From a virus (Duplodnaviria; Caudoviricetes), in the IMG/VR virus record IMGVR_UViG_2839589109_000007, positions 3,871-67,870 of that record: a stretch of DNA of 64,000 nucleotides; one strand, written 5' to 3'. The position numbers and the translations under genes were made by a program. The number at the start of each line of letters is the position of its first letter. Within the stretch, counting starts at the first letter, position 1. Below, piece after piece: positions 42,943 to 53,140 of this stretch. The notes under the pieces are model-generated. The model was not told where the DNA came from. It ran no database searches and saw only the letters and a program-made list of their open reading frames with translations.

Positions 42943-44412
42943 ATGGGATTGCTCACCAACCTGTTTCGTCGTTTCAAAAACTCAGCTTATACCGCTGCGG
43001 GTATGGGGCGACGAACCAAAAGCTGGTATGCACCGGGGCTTTCCCCGAATACCGCACTCACTGCTGATCTCTCCAAGCTGATTAACCGTTCCCGGGCCGC
43101 CATCCGCAATGATCCCTGGGCCAGCAGTGGTTTGGAAAAGCTGGTGAGCAATGTGATTGGCCGTGGCATTACGCCCAAATCACTGGTGAACGACGATGGT
43201 TTACGGGAACAGCTGCAAAACTTGTTTCTGCAATGGTCCGATGAATCGGATGCCGATGGTCTGCTGAGTTTCACCGGTCAGCAATCGCTGATTACCCGCG
43301 CCATGTTTGAAGGTGGCGAGTGCTTTGTCAGGCTACGTCCCCGCAGACTGGAAGATGGTTTATCCGTTCCCCTGCAGCTGCAAGTGCTGGAATCCGAGTT
43401 TGTCCCCATCAGTTATAACGAGACGCTGAATAATGGCCATGTGATTAAGTCGGGGATTGAGTTCGATAAGCTGGGCAAGCGGGTCGCTTATTACTTTCAC
43501 CGGGAGCATCCCGCCGAGTTTGCTTTTGACAGCACCAGACTGGTGCGGGTGAAGGCCGACAATGTTCTGCATATATTTGAAGCCCTGCGACCCGGTCAGT
43601 TGCGCGGCCAGCCACTACTGACTCAGGTATTAGTCAGACTCTATCATCTAGATAAGTTTGATGATGCCACTCTATTACGGCAGGAGATCGCTAACCTGTT
43701 TACCGGCTTTATCAAGAAGCCCTCTCCCGAACAAGACCCTATTGATCCTTTGACCGGCAAGCCGTTGGTCTTTGGCGACAATGGTCTACCCATGGTGGCC
43801 ATGGAACCAGGAACCATGCAAGAGCTGGCACCGGGTGAAGAGGTCGAGTTCAATAATCCACCGGGTACTACCGCAGACTACCCCAATTTTATGAAACAGC
43901 AGCTGATGGCCATTGCTGCCGGGATTGGACTGCCTTATGAACTGCTGTCGGGTGATATGGCGGGAGTCAGTGACCGGGCACTGCGCCTGATCATCAATGA
44001 GTTCCGCCGCCGCATTCAACAAATTCAGCACAACCAGATTATCTTTCAGTTCTGTCGACCGGTCTGGAACCGCTGGCTGGATATGGCGGTGCTTAATGGT
44101 TCGGTAGCCATTCCGGACTATGGCAATCAACCAAGAGCCTATCGCCGGGTGAAGTGGATCGCCCATGGCTGGCCCTATATGCATCCGGTTCAGGATATGC
44201 AGGCGCAGAAAATGGCCGTGCGCTCAGGCTTCAAATCCCGCTCAGAGGTGGTCAGCGAATTGGGTTATGACAGCGAGCAGATGGATGGTGAAATCGCCGC
44301 CGATAATCGCCGGGCAGATAGCCACTCACTGAGGTACGACAGCGATGGCCGTGATCCGGAAAACAGCAAATCTACCAATCAACCAGAAAAGGATGACAGG
44401 GATGAGTCATAA
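42943..44412 (+). CDS. Portal protein, lambda family
   Basis: RSRAAIRNDPWA, PLQLQVLESE, RPGQLRGQP, GLPYELLSGD, HPVQD. Confidence 0.95.
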   Translation: MGLLTNLFRRFKNSAYTAAGMGRRTKSWYAPGLSPNTALTADLSKLINRSRAAIRNDPWASSGLEKLVSNVIGRGITPKSLVNDDGLREQLQNLFLQWSDESDADGLLSFTGQQSLITRAMFEGGECFVRLRPRRLEDGLSVPLQLQVLESEFVPISYNETLNNGHVIKSGIEFDKLGKRVAYYFHREHPAEFAFDSTRLVRVKADNVLHIFEALRPGQLRGQPLLTQVLVRLYHLDKFDDATLLRQEIANLFTGFIKKPSPEQDPIDPLTGKPLVFGDNGLPMVAMEPGTMQELAPGEEVEFNNPPGTTADYPNFMKQQLMAIAAGIGLPYELLSGDMAGVSDRALRLIINEFRRRIQQIQHNQIIFQFCRPVWNRWLDMAVLNGSVAIPDYGNQPRAYRRVKWIAHGWPYMHPVQDMQAQKMAVRSGFKSRSEVVSELGYDSEQMDGEIAADNRRADSHSLRYDSDGRDPENSKSTNQPEKDDRDES

Positions 44413-45412
44413 CCGACAGTGGTACACCTTTAAAAATGAAGCCAACCAGACACCAGAGCTGTTTATCTTTGATGATATTGATGACTGGTACGGCGTTTCG
44501 GCACAGAGCGTAGTGGACCAGATCCGCAACCTTGATGCTACGGATATCAATGTCCGCCTGAACAGCCGCGGCGGCATGGTGTTTGAAGGCATTGCCATCT
44601 ATAACGCCCTGCGCCTGCATAAAGCCAATATCCATGTCACCATCGAAGGGCTGGCGGCCAGTATTGCCAGTGTTATTGCCATGGCTGGTGATACGGTCAC
44701 CATCGCTGAAAATGCCATGATGATGATCCATAACCCCTATGGCTGGGCACAGGGTGATGCCGAAGCCATGCGCAAAACCGCCGATATTATGGATAAGATC
44801 GCGGACAGTATTGCTGTGTCGTACACCGGCAGAACCGGCAAGAGCCTTGAGGATATGAAGGCACTGATGGAGTCTGAATCCTGGTTCACCGCCAAAGAAG
44901 CGCTGGACATGGGCCTGGTGGATCAGATTGATGAACCGGTGAAGGCCGCTGCACGCTTTGATCTCTCCATGTTCCGTAATACACCGGATGGCTATGGACG
45001 TATCAAGCAAGCTAAAAACCCGGCAGAGCCAACTCCGCCGCAGAATCAGACGATGGAGCCGCAACCTCAAATTGATTCTGTGGCTATTGCTGATCTTTGT
45101 CGTCAGGCTGGTTATGCAGAAAAAACCGCTGCAATTCTTAAAGCGGCACTGTCGGAAGATGAGGTCAAGGTTCGACTCGCCAGCTATGACCAGATTAAGA
45201 ACCTCTGCCAGACAGCAGGCTTCCCGGATAAGGCAGCGGATTTTATAAAAAACGACTGTTCGGTATCCGAGGTGCAGAATAGCCTCCTGGCATTACTGAC
45301 CTCTGAAGATGAACCCATCAATAATGCCCTGACGCCCAAACAGCAAGGCCTGAAACCCACCACTTCTGCCATTGATACGCAAGCGATCTACAGTCGGCGT
45401 AATCGCGCTTAA
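44402..45412 (+). CDS. ClpP-like prohead protease with scaffold extension
   Basis: INVRLNSRGGMVFEG, GLAASIAS, MMIHNP, ESWFTAKEALDMGLVD. Confidence 0.95.
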   Translation: MSHNRQWYTFKNEANQTPELFIFDDIDDWYGVSAQSVVDQIRNLDATDINVRLNSRGGMVFEGIAIYNALRLHKANIHVTIEGLAASIASVIAMAGDTVTIAENAMMMIHNPYGWAQGDAEAMRKTADIMDKIADSIAVSYTGRTGKSLEDMKALMESESWFTAKEALDMGLVDQIDEPVKAAARFDLSMFRNTPDGYGRIKQAKNPAEPTPPQNQTMEPQPQIDSVAIADLCRQAGYAEKTAAILKAALSEDEVKVRLASYDQIKNLCQTAGFPDKAADFIKNDCSVSEVQNSLLALLTSEDEPINNALTPKQQGLKPTTSAIDTQAIYSRRNRA

Positions 45413-45453
45413 CCCCTGTTTAATAATATCCCCCAACCAAAAGGACTTTACCC

Positions 45454-45825
45454 ATGAGTGTAAAAACGGAATCGGTCTATACCGGTGAATTTCTGGTGTC
45501 TGAAGGCAATAACGGCATCAGCCGTGAGCAGGTGCCATTCGCTGCGAACCTGACGATGGAGCCTGGTACTGTGGTCGCCAGAGCTTCTGATAATGGTATC
45601 TACAGCCCTCTTGACCCTGCCGCCGCAGATGGCACTGAATCCGCAGTAGGCATTCTCTACGCTGGCAAGGTGACCGATGCCTCTGGTGGTGACGGTGTGA
45701 TTATCGCCCGTCTGGCAGAAGTGGTGAACAGTTTGCTGATCTGGCCTGCTGGTATTTCTGACGAGCAAAAGGCGACTGCCGAAGAGCAACTGGCCGGGCT
45801 GGATATTATCTTGCGCAGCGAATAA
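45454..45825 (+). CDS. Head decoration protein (gpD-like)
   Basis: GEFLVSEGN..ISRE, DGTESAVGILY, position between protease and capsid. Confidence 0.85.
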   Translation: MSVKTESVYTGEFLVSEGNNGISREQVPFAANLTMEPGTVVARASDNGIYSPLDPAAADGTESAVGILYAGKVTDASGGDGVIIARLAEVVNSLLIWPAGISDEQKATAEEQLAGLDIILRSE

Positions 45826-45889
45826 CCCTTCCTGATTTTTACCTCTGTAACCCATTCTTAACAAACTTCCGTTATCAAGGAGCGATAAC

Positions 45890-46879
45890 ATGCTGGATAT
45901 TTTTAATGACGATGCGTTCAGCCTTACCAGCCTGACCGCCACCATCAATGAGATGGACTACAAGCCGGGTCGTCTTGGGCAACTGGGCCTCTTTCAGGAG
46001 AGCGGCATCAATACCACAACCGTCGTGGTAGAGAGCATTAACGGAGAACTCCGCTTGTTGCCCTCTACCGAGCGTGGTGCACCCGCCACTCAGGCCATTG
46101 GCGATAAACGTCAGTTGCGCAGCTTTGTGGTGCCCCATATTCCCCATGACAGCACTATCCTTGCCGCTGAAGTGCAGAATGTCCGTCAGTTTGGCAGTGA
46201 AGACGCCATGCAGGGAGTACAGGCTGTCGTGAACCAGCGGTTGCAAAAGATGAATGCTAACCATGAGGTGACACTGGAATTTCTGCGCATGGGGGCGCTC
46301 AAAGGTGAAATCCTGGATGGCGATGGCAGCACCATACTCTACAACCTGTTTGATGAGTTCGGTGTTACTCAGCAAACCCATGACTTCAAGTTCAGCAGCA
46401 CGACCACTGACGTTCGAGCCCAGGGTGTCAAAGCCCGTCGTCTGGTGGATGATGCGTTGGGAGCACTGCCCTACAGCGGCCTTCATGCATTCTGTGGCTC
46501 TGATTTCTTTGATGGTCTGGTTGGCCACAAATCAGTAAAAGAAGCCTACCAGCGTTGGCAGGACGGTGAAGCCCTGCGTACCGATCCCAAGGGCCGGTTC
46601 CGTTTTGCGGATATTGATTGGGAAGAGTACCGAGGCTCAGTGGGTGGCAATGACTTTGTTGCTGCCAATGAAGCTTATCTCTACCCAACCGGTGCGGATA
46701 TCTTCAGGACCTGGTTTGCGCCGGCAGATTTTGTGGAAACGGTGAACACCATCGGCCTGCCACGCTATGCCAAGCAGAAGGTGATGGATTTTGAGAAGGG
46801 CGTGATTGTTCATACCCAGTCGAACCCACTGCCAATCAACCTACGACCACGGGCAGTGATCAAACTGACCATGAGCTAA
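45890..46879 (+). CDS. Major capsid protein (lambda E family)
   Basis: DIFNDDAFSLTSLT, GRLGQLGLF, FAPADFVETVNTIGLP, TQSNPLPINLRP. Confidence 0.95.
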   Translation: MLDIFNDDAFSLTSLTATINEMDYKPGRLGQLGLFQESGINTTTVVVESINGELRLLPSTERGAPATQAIGDKRQLRSFVVPHIPHDSTILAAEVQNVRQFGSEDAMQGVQAVVNQRLQKMNANHEVTLEFLRMGALKGEILDGDGSTILYNLFDEFGVTQQTHDFKFSSTTTDVRAQGVKARRLVDDALGALPYSGLHAFCGSDFFDGLVGHKSVKEAYQRWQDGEALRTDPKGRFRFADIDWEEYRGSVGGNDFVAANEAYLYPTGADIFRTWFAPADFVETVNTIGLPRYAKQKVMDFEKGVIVHTQSNPLPINLRPRAVIKLTMS

Positions 46880-46903
46880 CCCACAAGCAAGGAGACTGCT
46901 CCA

Positions 46904-47197
46904 ATGGATGAAGCTTTCAAAGTGATGGATCACACCATTCTTTCAACCTTTGGGCAGTCGGTTTTACTGACACTTTCGGATCAGTCATCGCTGGAAACCC
47001 GGGGCATTATCAATAAAGAACTGGTAGAGCTTGGCAAGTTTGAGGCTGTCCAGGGTGAAATCACCGTTCTCTATGTGGATAGTGTTATCCGACTGAAGCG
47101 TGGCGATACCGTGTTGGCCAATGGTCAGGTTTATGAAGTCGACCGAAAACTGAAAGACGATGGCTATTTAGCCAAATGGAATATCTATGCTCATTGA
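46904..47197 (+). CDS. Head-tail joining protein (FII-like)
   Basis: Position after capsid; LKRGDTV..NGQVYEVD. Confidence 0.65.
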   Translation: MDEAFKVMDHTILSTFGQSVLLTLSDQSSLETRGIINKELVELGKFEAVQGEITVLYVDSVIRLKRGDTVLANGQVYEVDRKLKDDGYLAKWNIYAH

Positions 47198-47780
47198 ACA
47201 GGAAGTCAGCGGCGATATTGAAGAACTCACCGCCCTGTTCAAACAGTCCCCGGAAAAAACAGAACAAGCCATTCAAAGAACCCTGTCCAAACTGAGTCGC
47301 TGGGCTGAACGGCAAGTGCTGCGTGATATGTCCCGACGCATAAAAGTATCACAAAAACGGCTGAAGGAGCTGAACCGGATCAAGGTAAGGCTTAATAAAA
47401 GCTACGGCAGAAAAGAGCGTTACCTGACCATCTGGATCGGCATTAATGAAGTAGGCGCCCATCGTCTGGGTAACCCAAGACAAACCCACCGAGGTGTCCG
47501 GGTAGGCAGTCACAGTTTTTGGGAAAACAGTTTTTTGATGCAGCCGGTCAATGCTTCCCGAGAACTGATCTTTGAGCGAAAGGATAACTGGCAACACCGT
47601 TACCAAAAGTCCAAACGCTCAGGCCGGTGGATGTGGATGGGCTTGCCGCTGGAAAAGAAAACCGTCCGGATCGATAGGGAAGCTGAAACCTCACTGGCAA
47701 AAATCAGCCCACTGCTGGTGAACCGGTTTACCGATCTGCTACACCAGGAACTCAACTATGCCTTTAACATCGAATCCTGA
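47187..47780 (+). CDS. Tail completion protein (gpZ-like)
   Basis: Basic protein in the neck cluster; RLGNPRQTHRGVRVG. Confidence 0.65.
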   Translation: MLIEQEVSGDIEELTALFKQSPEKTEQAIQRTLSKLSRWAERQVLRDMSRRIKVSQKRLKELNRIKVRLNKSYGRKERYLTIWIGINEVGAHRLGNPRQTHRGVRVGSHSFWENSFLMQPVNASRELIFERKDNWQHRYQKSKRSGRWMWMGLPLEKKTVRIDREAETSLAKISPLLVNRFTDLLHQELNYAFNIES

Positions 47781-48168
47781 ACGACAGATTATAGAAAAGC
47801 TGATTACCCATCTGAAGCAGGTTTCTGAAAACACGCTCCTTGGCTATTCAGCCACCGGCCAGGAACAGGATTTAGACCTTCCGGCCATCCTGGTGCAGCT
47901 GGAATCCATTAATGAAGAGCAACGCCAGGGCCAACGGGCAAAGTACCGGATGACGTTCAATATCAGTGCCGTGGCCAAAACCAATAAAGACACCACTTAC
48001 ACCCTGTTGGACTTAACCCGCTCCATTCGGGCGTTATTTACTGCCGGTCAACGCTTCACCCCGGAAGCCCGACATATCAGCTTCAGTGAAACCCAGTTCG
48101 ATATTGCCCCAAGCAATGCCCACCTGTCGTTTGCAGACCTGCAACTGCAGATCGAAGTCATCCTTTAA
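47758..48168 (+). CDS. Tail terminator (gpU-like)
   Basis: Position before tail tube; DLPAILVQLE, ETQFD. Confidence 0.55.
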   Translation: MPLTSNPERQIIEKLITHLKQVSENTLLGYSATGQEQDLDLPAILVQLESINEEQRQGQRAKYRMTFNISAVAKTNKDTTYTLLDLTRSIRALFTAGQRFTPEARHISFSETQFDIAPSNAHLSFADLQLQIEVIL

Positions 48169-48196
48169 TCCCACCTTCCTGTTAAGGAGATAACCC

Positions 48197-48940
48197 ATGT
48201 CTACAATGGATCGTAGCTTTATCGGTGCCGGAAGCATCTACATCAAACCCGCTGATGATTCCGCGCCCCTGCTGCCGGTTGGCAACGTCAGCCAGTTTCG
48301 ATTCAGTTTCGAGGAAGATAAAAAGGAGCTGAAAAACTATCTCGGTGGTGGTGGTAATCGCAATACCATCAGTCGGATATCATCTATCTCGGCCAGCCTC
48401 ACGGCACACGACTTTACCGCTACCAACCTGTCGATGGCACTGCGTGGTTCTGTGGCAGCCGGTTCAACGACAGCGGTCACAGATGAACTTCATACCAGCT
48501 TTGGCGTTGCTGACGAGCTTATCCCGTTTGACAAGCTTCCCGATCTGTCGCAGTCAGTTACGATTAAAGACAGTCTGGATACTGTACTGACTGCCGGGGA
48601 TGATTATGAATTGACCAAGTCCGGTATCAAGGTCATTGGCGGTGGTGGCATTGATAACCTGGGGGTGAAAGTGAGCTATACCCCACTGGCCACCAATATG
48701 GTTCAGGCCCTCATTGAATCGGGCAAAGAGTTTGTCCTGTTTATGGAAGGGCTCAACGATGCACAGGATGGCAAGCCATTTAATATCCGGGTGCATCGGG
48801 TAAAGTTTTCCCCTGTTCAGAATCTTGATTTTATTTCTGACGACTTTGCCGCTATCGCACTGGAACTGGATGTACTGGCAGACAGTACCATTGAGGGCTC
48901 CGGCCTGAGTACCTTTATGCAGATCGATCTGGCGCAGTAA
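48197..48940 (+). CDS. Major tail tube protein
   Basis: SFIGAGSIY, VGNVSQF, EGLNDAQDGKP..IRVHRVKFSP; AAGGAG SD. Confidence 0.85.
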   Translation: MSTMDRSFIGAGSIYIKPADDSAPLLPVGNVSQFRFSFEEDKKELKNYLGGGGNRNTISRISSISASLTAHDFTATNLSMALRGSVAAGSTTAVTDELHTSFGVADELIPFDKLPDLSQSVTIKDSLDTVLTAGDDYELTKSGIKVIGGGGIDNLGVKVSYTPLATNMVQALIESGKEFVLFMEGLNDAQDGKPFNIRVHRVKFSPVQNLDFISDDFAAIALELDVLADSTIEGSGLSTFMQIDLAQ

Positions 48941-48964
48941 CCCACCGTTTGCTTCCTGCAATTC

Positions 48965-48999
48965 AGCCCCTGACTCCTAAAAAGAGCAGGGGCTTTTTT
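48965..48999 (+). terminator. Intrinsic terminator between tail tube and tape measure
   Basis: AGCCCCTG...CAGGGGCT stem followed by T tract. Confidence 0.75.
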
Positions 49000-49010
49000 G
49001 ATAAAAGACT

Positions 49011-52010
49011 ATGGCCAATATTAAACAATCCGCGATTCGCTTAGTCCTGAAAGCCAAGGATTTACTATCCAGGGACGTGAATAAATCCTCGGCTTCCCTG
49101 GATGCCTTTCGGCAAGAGGCGAATAAGCTGAAAGGCCAATTAGAGGAACTGGAAAACCAGAATAAGCTCCTTTCGTCTTTTAAAAAGCAGACCAAGGCCA
49201 CCCACGATGCTGGTCGTGCATTCCGTGAGGCTGAAGATAAGGTGGCCAGGCTTGGCCGGGAAATGGGCAAGACCGGCAAGCCCACCAAGGCCATGCAAAC
49301 GGCCATGACAAAAGCCCGCAAAGACGTTAAGAAGGCCAATACCGAATATAACCGCCAACGGGAGACACTGGCCAAGCTTCGGGGCTCAATGTCCTCTGCT
49401 GGATTATCGACCAAAAACCTGAAGCAGCAGCAGGCCAGGCTTGAGCAGCAGCTAAACGACACCCGGGCCGCCTTCAAACGGGCGGATGAAAGCGCCAGGC
49501 AGACAGCCAGATCCCTGCGTAACAGCAACCTGAAAAAAACTGCCAGGGATGCCAAGGCGGCCAGCATCTCCATTGGCCAGCTTTCCCGGCGTTTCTTGGG
49601 GCTGGCAGCGGCAGCGGGTGGACTCTATACCTTAAAGCGAAGCATTGAAGGGGTATTACAGACAGGCGACCAGTTTGAGCGTTTGGCCGTGCAGATGGAG
49701 GCGATTACCGGATCGTCTGAAGAAGCCCAAAAGGCCATGCAGTGGATTAAGGATTTTACCCGGAATACGCCCTATCAACTGGAAGAAGTATCGGAAGCCT
49801 TTGTTCGGCTCAAAGCTTTTGGCCTTGATCCTATGGATGGCACCATGCAGGCTTTGGTGGATCAAGCCTCCAAGCTTGGCGGCGGTATGGATCGGCTTAA
49901 CGGGATCTCCCTGGCAGTCGGTCAGGCATGGGCAAAGCAAAAGCTCCAGGGCGAAGAAATCCTGCAGATGGTCGAGCGGGGCATTCCGGTGTGGGATTTG
50001 CTGCAAAAGGTGACCGGTAAAAACGTTCAGGAGCTGCAAAAGCTCTCTTCGGCTGGCCTTATTGGCCGGGATGTGATGAGGGAGCTGATTCTGGAAATTG
50101 GCCGATCCTCCGAAGGCGCTGCCGCCAGGAATATGAGTCTTCTGTCGGGTTATGTCAGTAACCTGAAAGACAGCTGGCAGCAGTTCCAGGACGAGGTGGC
50201 CAAGAGCGGGGCTCTGGATTATGCCAGAGAGTCCCTGGCAGGCATCGCTGGTGAAATTGAGCGGATGAACCGTAATGGCCAGCTGTCTGAATTGGCTAAA
50301 AAGGTCAGTGATGCCTTTATCGCCATGGGTGACGCTATTAAGCATGCCTTCACTGGAGTTACCGTTGATGGTTTTGTCACCAGTATCCAATCAGGCTTTA
50401 CCACCATCACAGAATCCATGGCGGCTCTGCGCACTGCCTTTGATTTTACCCGCTTCACCGTCATGGGCTTTTTTAATGCCTTTTCTGCGATGGTTAAGGG
50501 CTTTGGCACTGTTTATTCCGGTGTTTTATACGGCATTGTCAGGGTATGGCAGGAAGTAGCCGATGCCTTGGGCTTGGATGGCATTGCTGAAAAGCTGAAA
50601 GGAACCACCGATTTTCTTGGCGGCTTGACCAGGGAGTTTGCCCGACAGACGGTTGAGGATGCCAGGGATGTCCGGAATGCGCTAGTCGGGGTATACGACA
50701 GCTTTGCCGAAGAAAGCCGAGATGCGGTAAAGACAGCAAACAATGCAGCCAAGACCATGACCCAAAGTCAGAGGTTGCTCTGGCAAAATTACGCCGATGA
50801 ATTGCTCCAAGGGCAGAAGAAAGTTAAGGAAGCGACAGCCGAAACAGCCCAAACCGTCAAAAGTCATTTTGAGAATGCAGCCGATGCTCTCAGCCAGGTA
50901 AACGCAGCTGAAACCCGAACGGAACTGGCCAGCCTTGGGGTAGCCTTGGCTGAAGCTTTTTCTCAGGGCACTTTGTCTGCAGAGGAGTATTACGAGGCGA
51001 CCGAAGCCAGTCGCAGGAAGCTGGCCGAGCTGAAGACCGAGGCAGAAAACACCAGGGACAGCATAAAAGAAACAGGCGATGCTGCAGAGGAAGCCGGGGA
51101 TAAGCAAGAACAATCTTTTGAAAACGCCCAGTCTATTTCCGCTGCTTTAGCCGGTCACTATAACGCCATAACCGCCGAACTGATAGGCATGAGCAGTGCT
51201 GCTCACGACGCTTTTGTAGCCATACAACAAGGCGGCGGCTCTGTGGATACCACCGCAGCCAAAGGCAGTATTGAAGACCTGAAAAATGAGCTTAAGGAAA
51301 CCTCCGCAGAAATTAGCCGGTTGCAAAGCAATCAATATCAATTTGACGTGACAGGCATTGGTCGCTGGCTCAATCAAACATCAACCGCTGCCGCTTATGT
51401 GAAAAAACAATTTTTAGAGCAAAGAATTGCCCTTGAACAGCTGTTTGAAAGCTATGAACAAGGCGAGATCAATGCCAGAAGTTTTGTCCGTGAGGCCGAA
51501 GATGCCGCACAAACCATGAACCTGCTCAATCAAACGGATTTAGACCGCCTCAATAACGCCATTGTTACAGCCAAACAAAACATGGCCAGCTTAGGCGACA
51601 GTTCCCGCAATACCCTCAACAGTCTGCAAGATGAACTGGATGAATTGCAGGGCAGGCAATCCGATATTGAGCAGCGCCGTTATCAAAATCAGCGTGACGA
51701 TCTGAAGGCACAGCACGCAGAGGCCATCGCAAATGGGGATCAGGAGGCGATCAGGAATATTACCTCAGCCCTGCGGATCAGCGAGCAGATTTACAATGAG
51801 CGCAGGCGGCAAGCTAATAATGAGAGAACGCAAGCTCTTAAAGAGCGCCAGGGGAGCGCAGACTTATCTACCCCACGCACCATTTCACAAACCCCGCAGC
51901 GTATTATCCGGCTCGAATATCCGGGGGGCGATGTGAATGTTGGGGTAACACCGGGGGATGAAACCAAACTGCTGGAAGCCCTGAAAAATGCTGGCATGAG
52001 GACGGTCTGA
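49011..52010 (+). CDS. Tape measure protein
   Basis: 999 aa Ala/coiled-coil rich; tape-measure domain FTRNTPYQLEEVSEAFVRLKAFG...KLQGEEILQMVERGIPVW. Confidence 0.95.
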   Translation: MANIKQSAIRLVLKAKDLLSRDVNKSSASLDAFRQEANKLKGQLEELENQNKLLSSFKKQTKATHDAGRAFREAEDKVARLGREMGKTGKPTKAMQTAMTKARKDVKKANTEYNRQRETLAKLRGSMSSAGLSTKNLKQQQARLEQQLNDTRAAFKRADESARQTARSLRNSNLKKTARDAKAASISIGQLSRRFLGLAAAAGGLYTLKRSIEGVLQTGDQFERLAVQMEAITGSSEEAQKAMQWIKDFTRNTPYQLEEVSEAFVRLKAFGLDPMDGTMQALVDQASKLGGGMDRLNGISLAVGQAWAKQKLQGEEILQMVERGIPVWDLLQKVTGKNVQELQKLSSAGLIGRDVMRELILEIGRSSEGAAARNMSLLSGYVSNLKDSWQQFQDEVAKSGALDYARESLAGIAGEIERMNRNGQLSELAKKVSDAFIAMGDAIKHAFTGVTVDGFVTSIQSGFTTITESMAALRTAFDFTRFTVMGFFNAFSAMVKGFGTVYSGVLYGIVRVWQEVADALGLDGIAEKLKGTTDFLGGLTREFARQTVEDARDVRNALVGVYDSFAEESRDAVKTANNAAKTMTQSQRLLWQNYADELLQGQKKVKEATAETAQTVKSHFENAADALSQVNAAETRTELASLGVALAEAFSQGTLSAEEYYEATEASRRKLAELKTEAENTRDSIKETGDAAEEAGDKQEQSFENAQSISAALAGHYNAITAELIGMSSAAHDAFVAIQQGGGSVDTTAAKGSIEDLKNELKETSAEISRLQSNQYQFDVTGIGRWLNQTSTAAAYVKKQFLEQRIALEQLFESYEQGEINARSFVREAEDAAQTMNLLNQTDLDRLNNAIVTAKQNMASLGDSSRNTLNSLQDELDELQGRQSDIEQRRYQNQRDDLKAQHAEAIANGDQEAIRNITSALRISEQIYNERRRQANNERTQALKERQGSADLSTPRTISQTPQRIIRLEYPGGDVNVGVTPGDETKLLEALKNAGMRTV

Positions 52011-52393
52011 TGCAACTGGATACTATTACCCTCCCGGATGATCTTCTTTGGATCAATGAGTTTGAATGGAACCCTGTGGAGCAAAGCACAGAGCGCAGTT
52101 TAACAGGAGCATTATTAGTTCAAGAGCAAGCAAAATTACAGGGCCGCCCCATTGAACTGACCGGTGGGCAGCAGGCCGGTTGGGTCTCCCGCAAAACAGT
52201 TTTAGAGCTTCAGGATTTAACCGCAGCTCCGGACAAGGTAATGATCCTGACTCTACCTGACATGCGACAGCTTAATGTTATTTTCGACCGTAGCTCTGGC
52301 AGCCCGGTTTCAGCCTCCCCGGTACTCGAAGAGGCGTACCCTGCCGATAACAGTTATTACCATCTTTCATTAAGGCTCATAACCGTGCCATGA
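52010..52393 (+). CDS. Distal tail (Dit-like) protein
   Basis: TLPDDLLWINEFEW, RSLTGALLVQ...GRPIEL; TGATG coupling to tape measure. Confidence 0.75.
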   Translation: MQLDTITLPDDLLWINEFEWNPVEQSTERSLTGALLVQEQAKLQGRPIELTGGQQAGWVSRKTVLELQDLTAAPDKVMILTLPDMRQLNVIFDRSSGSPVSASPVLEEAYPADNSYYHLSLRLITVP

Positions 52394-52427
52394 TCAATCG
52401 GTTCATGGGTCAGGGAGAGTAATAACG

Positions 52428-53069
52428 ATGACCGTTCAATTATCAGACCATCTAACCCTTGATGGTGTTTTGTATACAGTGACTGGCGCAGAACCTTATC
52501 CGATATTTCATCCAGATATGTTGGGAATTGAAGTATCCCCTATGGGTACCTGGTGTTGGGCTGGTTTTCTCGTTGAGTATGAATACAAAGAGGGTCAGCT
52601 TTTCGCCAGATCAATGAACTTAGGGGTCTTTGATGATGAGCCGTTGGTCAATGGCAGGAAGCCTGACCCGCGTCCAAAGCATGCTGGCTCGGCTCTTGAC
52701 TTGACGCCTAACTTAATGCCTGGCCTCAGATACACCGACGTATGGTTGCCTCTCGAATATAGTGGTGAGGTGACTTTTGGAAGAGACTGGTGGGATTATC
52801 CGAGGCGTCGGTATTACGGCAGTGCTCGATCTGTTGATTTCAACGAGATCAAACAGGTTTTGTTCTTAGAAGGGAAGATTCAGAAAGTAACGAACATCTC
52901 GGAACGGTTCATTGAGGAACGGAACACACTGATTGAACAGGAAGAAGAAAAAAGAGCAAAAGAGTGGAGTATTAAGGAGCGTAGGCTACGGAGAGTCCGC
53001 TTTAAACGAAAGATTATGAAGTTTATTACCAGAAAGAAGCAGCCCATGGCTACCCATCTTTTTGACTAA
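52428..53069 (+). CDS. Hypothetical protein (moron inside tail operon)
   Basis: GGAGAG SD; not a tail-protein pattern; followed by own terminator. Confidence 0.75.
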   Translation: MTVQLSDHLTLDGVLYTVTGAEPYPIFHPDMLGIEVSPMGTWCWAGFLVEYEYKEGQLFARSMNLGVFDDEPLVNGRKPDPRPKHAGSALDLTPNLMPGLRYTDVWLPLEYSGEVTFGRDWWDYPRRRYYGSARSVDFNEIKQVLFLEGKIQKVTNISERFIEERNTLIEQEEEKRAKEWSIKERRLRRVRFKRKIMKFITRKKQPMATHLFD

Positions 53070-53094
53070 TTGGGCATAACTGAAATCAGAAATT

Positions 53095-53118
53095 ACCGCC
53101 TGACTGGCGGTTTTTTTT
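53095..53118 (+). terminator. Intrinsic terminator after moron
   Basis: ACCGCC-TGACT-GGCGGT followed by a T tract. Confidence 0.8.
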
Positions 53119-53140
53119 CGCCTGAAAAAAAGGAAAACCG

